The notes beneath the pieces were generated by a model that worked only from the letters and a program-made list of their open reading frames with translations, had not been told where the DNA came from and made no database searches. From the IMG/VR virus record IMGVR_UViG_3300021960_000024: a stretch of DNA of 64,000 bases; one strand, 5' to 3'. Source of the DNA: an uncultured virus (IMG/VR IMGVR_UViG_3300021960_000024) (taxonomy: Duplodnaviria > Heunggongvirae > Uroviricota > Caudoviricetes). This document shows, in pieces, positions 30,001-40,132 of this stretch. The position numbers and the translations under genes are program-made. Every line of letters starts with the position of its first letter. The stretch's first letter is position 1.

Positions 30001-33000
30001 TGATGGTGGTAATCTTGGATTAGAATCTGATGGAACACTTACATATAATCCTAGCACTGGTAAGATTACTGCAACGGGATTTGTGGGTGCATTGACAGGT
30101 GATGTTACTGGTGATGTTACAGGTAATGCTGACACTGCAACCGCACTTGCAACGGCGAGAACTATTCATGGTGTGTCCTTTGACGGCACTGGTAACATTG
30201 ACCTCACCGAAGTAGTACAAGACACTGTTGGAGCTATGTTTGGTTCCAACACAGAGACAGGTATTACAGTAACTTATCAAGATGCTGACGGCACTATTGA
30301 TCTTGTGGTGGGAACACTTAACCAAGATACAACTGGAACCGCAGCAAAAGTTACGGTCACCGATAGCACTGCGAATACAAACTTCCCCGTGACCTTCCAC
30401 GATGAGTCGAATTCATTGTTGGATGATACAGGTGCATTGCGTTACAACCCAAGTACAGGAACTCTACTTGTTCCAAATCTTGTTGTAGCAGGAACGACTA
30501 CTCAAGTTGATACTGTGACTATGAATGCAGAGAACGCAGTCATATTTGAAGGTGCAACTGCTGACGATTTCGAAACAACTCTAACCATCACAGACCCAAC
30601 TGCTGACCGTACACAGAGATTGCTCAACCAAAGTGGTTATATCCCCCTTCTTGCGGCGGTTACAACCACTGCAATTACATCCACACCAGAAGAGCTTAAT
30701 ATTCTGGACGGTGCGACTGTTGTAGTTGGTGAGATTAATGCACTGGACTTGGGTTCGACGGCTGTTGGTAATGCTATTGCTAGTAAGGCGGTCATACTGG
30801 ACTCCAACAAAGATTATACAGGAATACGAAACTTTACCGTAAGTGGCGAACTTGACGCAGCAACAGGTGATTTCTCTGGTAACGTAGATGTTGATGGTAC
30901 ACTAGAAGCAGATGCAATCACTGTCAACGGTACTGCACTGGATGAGTTCATTTCCGATACAGTTGGTGCGATGGTCAGTAGTAATACTGAAACAGGTATT
31001 GCAGTGACTTATCAGGATGCTGACAATACGATAGACTTTGCCCTCAATGCCGCACAAACTACTATAACAAGTTTGTTGGCCACTGATATCAAAATTGGTG
31101 AGGATGACCAGACCAAGATTGACTTTGAGACTGCTGACACAATTAACTTTTATGCAGGAAATGAAAAACAATTAATACTTACAGATGGTGCTTTAACTCC
31201 CGGCGCTGATAATATTTTAGACCTTGGTAGTAGTAGTGTAGAATTTAAAGATGCCTACTTTGATGGTACAGTTACATCAGATGCATTTGCTGGTCCTCTA
31301 ACGGGTAATGTTACAGGTAATGCTGATACCGCAACTGCACTCGCAACTGCTAGGACAATTGGCGGTGTATCATTTGATGGTAGTGCTAATATTAATTTGC
31401 CGGGTGTCAATACTGCTGGTAATCAGAATACAAGTGGGACAGCAGCAGTTGCAACAACAGTAACCATAACGGACAATGAATCTACAGACGAAGACAACGC
31501 TATTGTGTTTACTGCTGGTGGAGATGTTGACGGTGGTAATCTTGGATTAGAATCAGACGGAACCTTAACATACAACCCAAGCACTGGTAAGATTACTGCT
31601 ACAGGATTTGTAGGAACACTAACTGGTAATGTAACAGGCAATACATCTGGTACTGCTGCTACGGTCACATCTGCTGCTCAAACAAATATCACTTCAGTAG
31701 GAACATTAACCGCACTTCAAGTAGATAATATTAATATCAACGGTAATGCAATAACAAGTACTGCTGGTACGGACTTAACAATCACTCCATTAGCAGGACA
31801 ACAGATTGTTCTTGATGGAACAATAGTAGTTGATGCTGGTGTGGTTACAGGTGCAACAAGCATTACATCAACAGCATTTGTTGGTGATATAACTGGTGAT
31901 GTTACAGGTAATGCAGATACGGCAACCACACTTGCAACTGCTAGAACAATTGGTGGTACATCATTTGATGGTTCTGCAAATATTGATGTTGCACTTGCTA
32001 CACTTGCTACCACTGTTACTATTACTGATAATGAATCTACGAACGAGGACAACGCCCTTATCTTCGCTGCTGGTGGCGATGTTGACGGAGGTAACTTAGG
32101 TCTAGAATCAGATGGTACACTAACATACAATCCTAGTACTGGTAAAGTAACTGCCACGGGATTTGTAGGAACACTTACTGGTGATGTTACAGGTGATGTT
32201 ACAGGTAATGCAGATACGGCAACTGTACTTGCAACGGCTAGAACTATCGGTGGTGTATCATTTAATGGTAGTGCTAACATTAACCTACCTGGCGTTAACA
32301 CTGCTGGTAACCAGAATACCTCTGGTAGTGCTGCAACTCTAACTACTGCTAGAACAATTGGTGGAACCTCATTTGATGGTAGTGCAAATATTGATGTTGC
32401 ACTAGCAACACTTGCAACAACAGTCACTATTACTGATAATGAATCTACGGACGAGGACAACGCCCTTATCTTTACTGCTGGTGGCAATGTTGACGGAGGT
32501 AACTTAGGTCTAGAATCAGATGGTACACTAACATACAACCCAAGTACAGGTAAAGTAACTGCAACTGGATTTGTAGGAACATTAACTGGTGATGTTACAG
32601 GTGATGTTACAGGTGATGTAACAGGTAATGCTGATACAGCAACTGTACTTGCGACAGCCAGAACTATTGGTGGTGTATCCTTTAACGGTAGTGCTAACAT
32701 TGACCTTCCCGGCGTAAATAGTGCTGGTAACCAGAATACCTCTGGTTCTGCTGCAACTCTAACTACCGCAAGAACTATCGGTGGAACCTCGTTTGATGGT
32801 AGTGCAAATATTGATGTTGCACTAGCAACACTTGCTACTACTGTTACAGTCTCCGATAGCACTGCGAATACAAACTTCCCAGTGGTCTTCAACGATGAAT
32901 CTAATGCACTTTTGGATGATACTGGTGCATTGCGTTACAACCCAAGTACAGGAACTCTACTTGTTCCAAATCTTGTTGTAGCAGGAACGACTACTCAGGT

Positions 33001-36000
33001 TGACACTGTTACTATGGAGGCAGCGAATGCTATAGTATTTGAGGGTGCAACTGCTGACGCATATGAAACAACCCTTACGATCACAGACCCAACTGCTGAT
33101 CGTACTATTACTTTGCCTGATGTAACAGGTACAGTTGCATTAACTTCTAGTAACATTACAGGAAGTGCTGCAACTCTAACTACTGCTAGAACAATTGGTG
33201 GGGTTTCGTTTGATGGTTCTGCTAACATTAACCTTCCCGGTGTAAATATTGCTGGTAATCAGAACACAACAGGAAGTGCTGCAACTCTAACGACAGCTAG
33301 AACAATTGGTGGGGTTTCGTTTGATGGTTCTGCTAACATTAACCTTCCCGGTGTAAATAGTGCTGGTAATCAGAACACAAGTGGTACTGCTGCTACTGTT
33401 ACTGGTGCAGCTCAAACAAATATCACTTCATTGGGTACACTAACCGCCCTTACAGTTGATAACATTATCATTAATGGAACAAACATTGGTCACACTTCTG
33501 ACACAGATTCTATAGCGATTGCCTCAAATGGTGTGGTTACGTTCTCACAGGCACCAGTATTCCCCGATGGGTCCATTGCGATTGCTGATCTAGATATCGA
33601 CGGCGCAACAGACATAGGGGCTGCACTTGCTGATGCAGACTTGTTCATCGTTGATGATGGTGCTGGTGGTACAAATAGAAAATCAACACTTGCAAGACTA
33701 AAAACTTATATGTCTGCTGGGTCAACTGTTTCTGCCGATGATATCAATGCTGGGGATGCCGCAGTTACCATAACAACATCCAGTGGTAACATTACAATTG
33801 ATGCTGCAGCCGACGATAGTGACATTATCCTCAAGGGAACAGATGGTACTGTAGATACAACATATCTAACGATTGATGGTAGTGCTGCTGGTGAAGCAAC
33901 ATTTAACGCAGGGATTGTGATTGCTGATGCTGGAACTATCGGTAGTGCCAGTGACAAAGATGCCATTGCGATTGCTTCTGATGGTGTTGTTACCATGAAT
34001 CAGATACCAGTTTTCAGTGCCGGTATTAATGTTTCTGGTGGTAGTATTGCAGGAACACTTTCTACTGCTGCTCAAGGTAATATTACATCACTTGGTACAC
34101 TCACCGCTCTAACTGTTGACAATGTTGTTATCAATGGCGCAACAATAGGCCACGGAGATGACACTGATTTGATGACGGTTGCTGATGGTATATTGACCGT
34201 TGCTGGTGAAGTTTCTATGACCACTCTAGATATTGGTGGAACCAATGTTACATCAACTGCAGCTGAACTTAATGTTCTAGATGGTATTACTGCCGTGGTT
34301 GGAGAACTTAACGCACTGGACTTGGGTTCGACTGCCGTTGGTAATGCCATTGCAAGTAAAGCGGTCATACTGGACTCCAATAAAGATTATACAGGAATAC
34401 GAAACTTTACAATTGATGGCGACTTAGATGTTGGTGATGACCTCAAGCTAACTTCAGATGCTGCTCTAATATCATTTGGCGCAAATTCAGAAATCACAAT
34501 GACTCACGTTCATGATACGGGTCTTACTCTAACACATACTGCTACGGGTGACAATACGCCTATGGTGCTTCAACTGAAGTCCGAAGAGGATATTGTTGAA
34601 GCAAACGAGGTTATTGCATCCATAGAGTTTGCTGCCGGTGACTCAGATGGTACTGATGGTGCTACCGTTGCTGCTGGTATTCATGCAATCGCAGAAGGTA
34701 CATTCTCTGCTAGTGCGAATGCAACGAAACTAGTATTTACAACGGGTGTGTCTGAGACTGCTGCATCCTCTGCAACTGCCAAGATGACATTAAGTTCTGC
34801 TGGACTTCTAACCATTGCAGATGACCTTGTTATTAAAGATGGTGGTACAATTGGTGTTGCAAGCGATGCAGATGCAATTACAATCGCAAGTAATGGTCAA
34901 GTAACTCTTACACAAACACTAATAGGAACTGCGTTAGATATCTCTGGTGACGTAGATGTTGATGGTACACTAGAAGCAGATGCAATCACTGTCAATGGCA
35001 CTGCACTTGCAGAATTCATTAGTGATACTGCTGGTGCGATGGTTAGTTCTAACACAGAAACGGGTATTGCCGTAACTTATCAGGACGCTGACAATACCAT
35101 AGACTTTGCAATTAATGCTGCACAAACCACTATCACAAGTTTGCTGGCCACCGATATTAAGATTGGTGAAGATGACCAGACCAAGATTGACTTTGAGACT
35201 GCTGACGAAATACACTTCTATGCAGCAAATGCTCATCAGGTTAAAATCGTAGATGGGGCTATTGTTCCCGCAACAGACGATGATGTTGATTTAGGTACGA
35301 GTTCAGCAGAATTTAAGAATGCTTTCTTTGACGGTACAGTTACATCAGATGCATTTGCTGGTCCTCTGACGGGTAATGTTACAGGTAATGCTGATACCGC
35401 TAGCAAGCTTGCAACTGCAAGAACCATAGGTGGTGTATCATTTGATGGTAGTGCTAATATCAACCTTCCCGGTGTAAATAGTGCTGGTAATCAAAATACA
35501 AGTGGTAGTGCTGCAACTCTAACTACCGCAAGAACTATTGGTGGAACCTCGTTTGATGGTTCTGCAAATATTGATGTTGCACTAGCTACACTTGCTACTA
35601 CTGTTACTATCACGGATAACGAATCTACAGATGAAAACAATGCGATCATCTTTGCTGCTGGTGGAGATATTGATGGTGGTAATCTTGGACTAGAATCAGA
35701 TGGAACATTAACATACAATCCTAGTACAGGTAAAGTAACTGCTACAGGATTTGTAGGAACACTAACTGGTAATGTAACAGGCAATACATCTGGTACAGCC
35801 GCAACTGTTACAGGTGCAGCCCAAACAAATATCACTTCAGTAGGTACATTAACCGCACTACAAGTAGATAATATTAACATTAATGGTAATGCTATTACGA
35901 GTACTGCTGGTGTAGACCTAACGATCACGCCATTAACAGGACAACAGATTGTTCTTGATGGTACGATTGTCATTGACGCTGGTGTGGTTACAGGTGCAAC

Positions 36001-38551
36001 AAGTATTACTTCAACAGATTTTGTTGGTGATATAACTGGTGATGTGACAGGTAATGCTGATACAGCAACTGTACTTGCAACGGCTAGAACTATCGGTGGT
36101 GTATCATTTAATGGTTCTGCTAACATTAACCTTCCCGGTGTCAATAGTGCTGGTAACCAAAATACATCTGGTAGTGCGGCAACTCTAACTACCGCAAGAA
36201 CTATCGGTGGAACCTCATTTGATGGTTCTGCAAATATTGATGTTGCACTAGCCACACTTGCTACTACTGCTACAGTCTCCGATAGCACTGCAAACACGAA
36301 CTTCCCAGTGGTCTTTCACGATGAGTCAAATGCTCTATTAGATGATACGGGTGCATTGCGTTACAACCCAAGCACAGGAACCTTACTTGTTCCAAATCTT
36401 GTTGTGGCGGGAACAACTACTCAGGTTGACACGGTTACGATGAATGCACAAAATGCTGTTGTGTTTGAGGGTGCAACTGCTGACGATCATGAAACAACAC
36501 TTACAATCATTGACCCAACTGGCGATAGAACAATCAATCTACCAAACGTGAGTGGTACAATTCCTGTACTGGCGGCCGCATCAACCACACAGATTACTTC
36601 TACTCCAGAAGAGCTTAATATTCTAGATGGTGTTACATCTACAGCAGCAGAACTGAATATTCTGGATGGTGTTACATCTACAGCAGCGGAACTTAATATT
36701 CTGGATGGTGTTACATCTACAGCAGCGGAACTTAATATTCTGGATGGTGTTACATCAACTGCTGCTGAACTAAACATTCTTGATGGGGCAACGGTTGTCG
36801 TTGGTGAAATCAACGCATTGGATTTAGGCTCTACTGCTGTAGGTAATGCCATCGCAAGTAAAGCAGTCATATTGGACTCCAACAAAGATTATACAGGAAT
36901 GCGAAATCTGACTATCAGTGGTGAGATCGACGCCGCCACTGGTGACTTCTCAGGTGCGGTAGACATTGCTGGCGCTACAACAACTGCTGCCATAACCGCT
37001 AGTGGTATTATCAAAACGGATGATGCTACAGAAGCAACCTCTACTACAAACGGTTCATTACAGACTGATGGTGGCTTATCTGTAGTCAAAGATATCGTTG
37101 CTGGTGATGACATCAAGCTTCTATCAGACGCTGCTGTTGTAGCATTTGGTGCAAACTCCGAAATTACTCTTACTCATGTTCCTGATGTTGGTCTTACATT
37201 AACTCATGTTGAAGGCGGCAATTCCGGCATCCCAGTTGTTTTCCAATTGAAATCTGAAGAAGATGCAATTGTAGCAAACGAGGTTATTGCATCTCTTGAG
37301 TTTGCTGCTGGTGATTCTGATGGAACAGACGGTGCAACAGTCGCTGCTGGTATTCATGCGATTGCTGAAGGAACATTCTCTGCTAGTGCCAATCCGACTA
37401 AATTGGTCTTTACCACTGGTGTATCCGAGACTGCTGCTTCTAGTGCTACCGCTAAAGCGACACTAAGTTCAATCGGTGACTTCCAAGTTGCTGGTGACTT
37501 AGTAGTTAAAGATGGCGGTCTTATTGGTTCTGCTAGTGACTTGGATGCTATAGCAATTGCCTCTGATGGTGTAGTAACTATGAATCAGATACCAGTATTC
37601 AGTGCTGGTATTAATGTTTCTAGTGGTACTATTGCAGGAACACTTTCTACTGCTGCTCAAACAAATATCACTTCAGTAGGAACATTAACCGCACTTCAAG
37701 TAGATAATATTAATATCAACGGTAATGCAATAACAAGTACTGCTGGTGTAGACCTAACGATCACGCCATTAACAGGACAACAGATTGTTCTTGATGGAAC
37801 AATAATTATTGACGCTGGTGTGGTTACTGGGGCAACAAGTATTACTTCAACAGATTTTGTTGGTGATATAACTGGTGATGTTACAGGTAATGCTGATACA
37901 GCAACTACACTGGCGACAGCCAGAACTATTGGTGGGGTTTCGTTTGATGGTTCTGCTAACATTAACCTTCCCGGTGTCAATAGTGCTGGTAACCAAAATA
38001 CATCTGGTAGTGCTGCAACTCTAACGACAGCTAGAACAATTGGTGGGGTTTCGTTTGATGGTTCTGCTAACATTAACCTTCCCGGTGTAAATAGTGCTGG
38101 TAACCAAAATACATCTGGTAGTGCCGCAACTGTTACAGGTGCAGCCCAAACAAATATCACTTCAGTGGGCACACTGACAGCATTGACTGTTGATAACATT
38201 ATCATTAATGGCACAAATATTGGTCATACTTCTGACACAGATTCTATAGCGATTGCCGCAGATGGTGTTGTAACATTCTCACAAATACCAGTTCTTCCTG
38301 CAAACTCAATCGATAGTGCTGCTTACGTTGATGGTTCTATTGATAGAGAGCATCTTGCAGCAGATATTATTGATGGAACTAAAATTGCTGATAATGCTAT
38401 TAACTCTGAACATTACGCAGCGGATTCTATTGATGAAGAGCATATTGCTAATGATGCTGTTGGTGCAGCAGAACTTAAAACCCTTTCAACTCTGTTGATT
38501 AAAAACTCTGCTGGCACTACACTGAAAACTTGTCATACTGCGGGTGCATAA
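27032..38551 (+). CDS. Giant repetitive tail fibre protein (3839 aa)
   Basis: gp9/10-type N-terminus; about 27 copies of the AT.L.TARTI.G.SFDG.ANI fibre motif plus several other repeated modules; Thr/Ala/Gly/Asp rich. Confidence 0.88.
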   Translation: MSYQSLDLGSVANDGTGDTLRESGDKTNDNFLEIYNLLGDGTDLSSGISATATVVTLTAPTISGVVGGTITSATITTLTGTTFNAGTLALVAGSITDSSGAISFGNENLTTTGSVTAASLDISGNVDIDGTLETDALTIDGVSLSETIADTVGAMVSSNTETNIAVTYDDADNTLDFVIGTLNQSTSGNAGTATALETARTIHGVSFDGTANIDLSEVVQDTVGAMFSSNTETNITATYQDADGTIDLVIGTLNQDTTGNAATATALETARTIGGTSFDGSANIAVALSATATALETARTIHGVSFDGTANIDLTEVVQDTVGAMFSSNTETGITVTYQDADGTIDLVVGTLNQDTTGNAATATALETSRTIGGVSFDGTGNINLPGVNTSGNQDTSGTAAKVTVTDSNANTNFPVVFHDESNALLDDTGALRYNPSTGELLVPNLTVAGTTTQVNTVTMNAQNAVVFEGATANDFETTLTITDPTADRTITMPDATGTMALTSSDITGNAATATALATARTIHGVSFDGTGNIDLTEVVQDTVGAMFSSNTETGITVTYQDADGTIDLVVGTLNQDTTGNAATATALETARTIHGVSFDGTGNIDLTEVVQDTVGAMFSSNTETGIAVSYEDGDGTIDLVVGTLNQDTTGNAATATALETARTIGGTSFDGTANIAVALSATATALETARTIHGVSFDGTANIDLTEVVQDTVGAMFSSNTETNITATYQDADGTIDLVIGTLNQNTTGNAATATALETARTIHGVSFDGTANIDLTEVVQDTIGAMFSSNTETGVTVTYQDADGTIDVVVGTLNQDTTGNAATATALETARTIGGTSFDGTANIAVALADTATALATARTIHGVSFDGTANIDLTEVVQDTVGAMFSSNTETNITATYQDADGTIDLVIGTLNQDTTGSAATLTTARTIGGVSFDGSANINLPGVNTAGNQNTSGTAAVATVATTVTITDNESTDENNAIVFTAGGDVDGGNLGLESDGTLTYNPSTGKITATGFVGALTGDVTGDVTGNADTATALATARTIHGVSFDGTGNIDLTEVVQDTVGAMFGSNTETGITVTYQDADGTIDLVVGTLNQDTTGTAAKVTVTDSTANTNFPVTFHDESNSLLDDTGALRYNPSTGTLLVPNLVVAGTTTQVDTVTMNAENAVIFEGATADDFETTLTITDPTADRTQRLLNQSGYIPLLAAVTTTAITSTPEELNILDGATVVVGEINALDLGSTAVGNAIASKAVILDSNKDYTGIRNFTVSGELDAATGDFSGNVDVDGTLEADAITVNGTALDEFISDTVGAMVSSNTETGIAVTYQDADNTIDFALNAAQTTITSLLATDIKIGEDDQTKIDFETADTINFYAGNEKQLILTDGALTPGADNILDLGSSSVEFKDAYFDGTVTSDAFAGPLTGNVTGNADTATALATARTIGGVSFDGSANINLPGVNTAGNQNTSGTAAVATTVTITDNESTDEDNAIVFTAGGDVDGGNLGLESDGTLTYNPSTGKITATGFVGTLTGNVTGNTSGTAATVTSAAQTNITSVGTLTALQVDNININGNAITSTAGTDLTITPLAGQQIVLDGTIVVDAGVVTGATSITSTAFVGDITGDVTGNADTATTLATARTIGGTSFDGSANIDVALATLATTVTITDNESTNEDNALIFAAGGDVDGGNLGLESDGTLTYNPSTGKVTATGFVGTLTGDVTGDVTGNADTATVLATARTIGGVSFNGSANINLPGVNTAGNQNTSGSAATLTTARTIGGTSFDGSANIDVALATLATTVTITDNESTDEDNALIFTAGGNVDGGNLGLESDGTLTYNPSTGKVTATGFVGTLTGDVTGDVTGDVTGNADTATVLATARTIGGVSFNGSANIDLPGVNSAGNQNTSGSAATLTTARTIGGTSFDGSANIDVALATLATTVTVSDSTANTNFPVVFNDESNALLDDTGALRYNPSTGTLLVPNLVVAGTTTQVDTVTMEAANAIVFEGATADAYETTLTITDPTADRTITLPDVTGTVALTSSNITGSAATLTTARTIGGVSFDGSANINLPGVNIAGNQNTTGSAATLTTARTIGGVSFDGSANINLPGVNSAGNQNTSGTAATVTGAAQTNITSLGTLTALTVDNIIINGTNIGHTSDTDSIAIASNGVVTFSQAPVFPDGSIAIADLDIDGATDIGAALADADLFIVDDGAGGTNRKSTLARLKTYMSAGSTVSADDINAGDAAVTITTSSGNITIDAAADDSDIILKGTDGTVDTTYLTIDGSAAGEATFNAGIVIADAGTIGSASDKDAIAIASDGVVTMNQIPVFSAGINVSGGSIAGTLSTAAQGNITSLGTLTALTVDNVVINGATIGHGDDTDLMTVADGILTVAGEVSMTTLDIGGTNVTSTAAELNVLDGITAVVGELNALDLGSTAVGNAIASKAVILDSNKDYTGIRNFTIDGDLDVGDDLKLTSDAALISFGANSEITMTHVHDTGLTLTHTATGDNTPMVLQLKSEEDIVEANEVIASIEFAAGDSDGTDGATVAAGIHAIAEGTFSASANATKLVFTTGVSETAASSATAKMTLSSAGLLTIADDLVIKDGGTIGVASDADAITIASNGQVTLTQTLIGTALDISGDVDVDGTLEADAITVNGTALAEFISDTAGAMVSSNTETGIAVTYQDADNTIDFAINAAQTTITSLLATDIKIGEDDQTKIDFETADEIHFYAANAHQVKIVDGAIVPATDDDVDLGTSSAEFKNAFFDGTVTSDAFAGPLTGNVTGNADTASKLATARTIGGVSFDGSANINLPGVNSAGNQNTSGSAATLTTARTIGGTSFDGSANIDVALATLATTVTITDNESTDENNAIIFAAGGDIDGGNLGLESDGTLTYNPSTGKVTATGFVGTLTGNVTGNTSGTAATVTGAAQTNITSVGTLTALQVDNININGNAITSTAGVDLTITPLTGQQIVLDGTIVIDAGVVTGATSITSTDFVGDITGDVTGNADTATVLATARTIGGVSFNGSANINLPGVNSAGNQNTSGSAATLTTARTIGGTSFDGSANIDVALATLATTATVSDSTANTNFPVVFHDESNALLDDTGALRYNPSTGTLLVPNLVVAGTTTQVDTVTMNAQNAVVFEGATADDHETTLTIIDPTGDRTINLPNVSGTIPVLAAASTTQITSTPEELNILDGVTSTAAELNILDGVTSTAAELNILDGVTSTAAELNILDGVTSTAAELNILDGATVVVGEINALDLGSTAVGNAIASKAVILDSNKDYTGMRNLTISGEIDAATGDFSGAVDIAGATTTAAITASGIIKTDDATEATSTTNGSLQTDGGLSVVKDIVAGDDIKLLSDAAVVAFGANSEITLTHVPDVGLTLTHVEGGNSGIPVVFQLKSEEDAIVANEVIASLEFAAGDSDGTDGATVAAGIHAIAEGTFSASANPTKLVFTTGVSETAASSATAKATLSSIGDFQVAGDLVVKDGGLIGSASDLDAIAIASDGVVTMNQIPVFSAGINVSSGTIAGTLSTAAQTNITSVGTLTALQVDNININGNAITSTAGVDLTITPLTGQQIVLDGTIIIDAGVVTGATSITSTDFVGDITGDVTGNADTATTLATARTIGGVSFDGSANINLPGVNSAGNQNTSGSAATLTTARTIGGVSFDGSANINLPGVNSAGNQNTSGSAATVTGAAQTNITSVGTLTALTVDNIIINGTNIGHTSDTDSIAIAADGVVTFSQIPVLPANSIDSAAYVDGSIDREHLAADIIDGTKIADNAINSEHYAADSIDEEHIANDAVGAAELKTLSTLLIKNSAGTTLKTCHTAGA
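36611..36787 (+). repeat. 39-bp coding tandem repeat (ELNILDGVTSTAA x ~4.5)
   Basis: Units start at 36611, 36650, 36689, 36728 and 36767. Confidence 0.9.
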
Positions 38552-38577
38552 ATATGAGTAATATGGAGAATAATTAA

Positions 38578-39519
38578 ATGACAGCACGGTCACCCCTATG
38601 GTATAATAGCGGCAATCTTCAAGAGATGACCTCCGCTGAGATTGTTGAATGGCAAAAGGCAGCAATTTATGTTTATGCTCAGTCTCCAACATCAGTACTT
38701 ACTGTTGTTGGCGGCTCGGGTAACCTTGCTGCTATGAGTGATACAAGAAAAACGGCGGGTGCTTCTTCTACAAATGTATCTGCTTTTGTTGCTGAAACCA
38801 GTACTGCTGAACCCGGCACTACTACCGTTTCATATGACAAGGTTACTCAAACACTTACTACAAGTGGTGTTGGCCAAGTTTCTGATACTGGCAAATCCTA
38901 TCCTGTTTATTATGACGGTAGTGGAAACATTCAAGCAATGAATCTTACAGATTTTAGAGATACTTTTATTGCCCCCGCAATTACTCTAATGGTATCAGGC
39001 TCAGAATCAAACAATACTGGTGGAACTTATACGATTACAACTTCTTCAACGGCGCCGGCAGGATATACTAATGTGTCTACTACTGCTGTGTTTGTCGATA
39101 CTCGTGCAAACACAGCTGCGTATACTGCTGCTGGTATTCCAGAAACATTGGATCAACCTACTACGATAACTAGTTATTTTCTTCACAGAAGGAATGGTGC
39201 AGATAGTACACCAACTAGAAATCTGTTGCTTATCAACGGTGACAATGATTTGCAAGAAGGCGCAACTGCTACAATGAAATCTTTGATAGGAAACTGGATA
39301 CGTTATGATGCTGCTAACACCGTTGGTCAAAAAATCACATATACGATGGCAACATCTGGTGGTAGTACAAGGGGTACTGCTATTGTTGATACACGTCTTA
39401 ACGGCGCTGGTAATTACCAACAAAAACTGATCAACGCCGATGACTATCGTTCACAGGAATTCCCGAATGGTAGTGCAGCAACAATAACAACATATAATCT
39501 TAGGATTGCTAAATCTTAA
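38578..39519 (+). CDS. Probable virion structural / fibre-associated protein
   Basis: Thr/Ser/Gly-rich 313 aa; CATAAATA promoter at 38547 and GGAGA RBS; directly follows the fibre gene. Confidence 0.65.
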   Translation: MTARSPLWYNSGNLQEMTSAEIVEWQKAAIYVYAQSPTSVLTVVGGSGNLAAMSDTRKTAGASSTNVSAFVAETSTAEPGTTTVSYDKVTQTLTTSGVGQVSDTGKSYPVYYDGSGNIQAMNLTDFRDTFIAPAITLMVSGSESNNTGGTYTITTSSTAPAGYTNVSTTAVFVDTRANTAAYTAAGIPETLDQPTTITSYFLHRRNGADSTPTRNLLLINGDNDLQEGATATMKSLIGNWIRYDAANTVGQKITYTMATSGGSTRGTAIVDTRLNGAGNYQQKLINADDYRSQEFPNGSAATITTYNLRIAKS

Positions 39520-39538
39520 TAAAGAGTGGGAGATATTA

Positions 39539-40132
39539 ATGTCATATTTATGGACAGATAAAATTACAGATTACTATTACAGCAATCCAGAATTGGATAC
39601 TGTTGCAGTTCTGTGGACAGACCCAGATGATGGTCTTGTCAGAGAACATTATATTCTGGTAGATGAAGAAGATGAACAGTGGAGAGATTTTGTAAAAGTA
39701 GTTTCTTATGAGGATATAGATAAACGTACTCAGGTTCGTCATGAAGAGTTTCGTGAACAATTTAGAGAAGCATTTCGAGAATGGACTGTAAGAAATGAAG
39801 AAATAAATGAAGATGACATACAAAATACAAATCAATCAACTAATACAACTAATATTGAAGATGTAATTATTAATTTTATCTCAGAATTTGATAATACAGA
39901 GGCCGATCAAAAAGAAAAGTTGTTTAAACTTAAACTCAAGGTTTTTGAACAAGACGTTGTGAAAAACTCAGGTTCAGACGATAAATTTAAAAACGCAAAA
40001 ACATTTATTCGTAAGGCAGACAATCCTATAGAAATTCTATTAGGATACATGGTATTTACAAATGGTGCTGAGATCAAGATGTCCGATATAGAAAAGTTTA
40101 AAGTTGAGGGGGTTTATATTCCGATAAAATAA
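39539..40132 (+). CDS. Hypothetical protein
   Basis: Start at the ATG at 39539 (GGGAG RBS); LFKLKLKVFE...IRKA..P motif. Confidence 0.65.
   Translation: MSYLWTDKITDYYYSNPELDTVAVLWTDPDDGLVREHYILVDEEDEQWRDFVKVVSYEDIDKRTQVRHEEFREQFREAFREWTVRNEEINEDDIQNTNQSTNTTNIEDVIINFISEFDNTEADQKEKLFKLKLKVFEQDVVKNSGSDDKFKNAKTFIRKADNPIEILLGYMVFTNGAEIKMSDIEKFKVEGVYIPIK

Noticed and set aside
27133..38214. Long minus-strand ORFs (for example 31717-32892, 35491-36297)
   Set aside because: Antisense shadows of the repetitive, codon-biased fibre gene; no RBS, promoter or independent motifs.
27032..38551. CRISPR-like repeat array
   Set aside because: The repeats are in-frame protein-coding modules with synonymous variation, not constant repeats with unique spacers.
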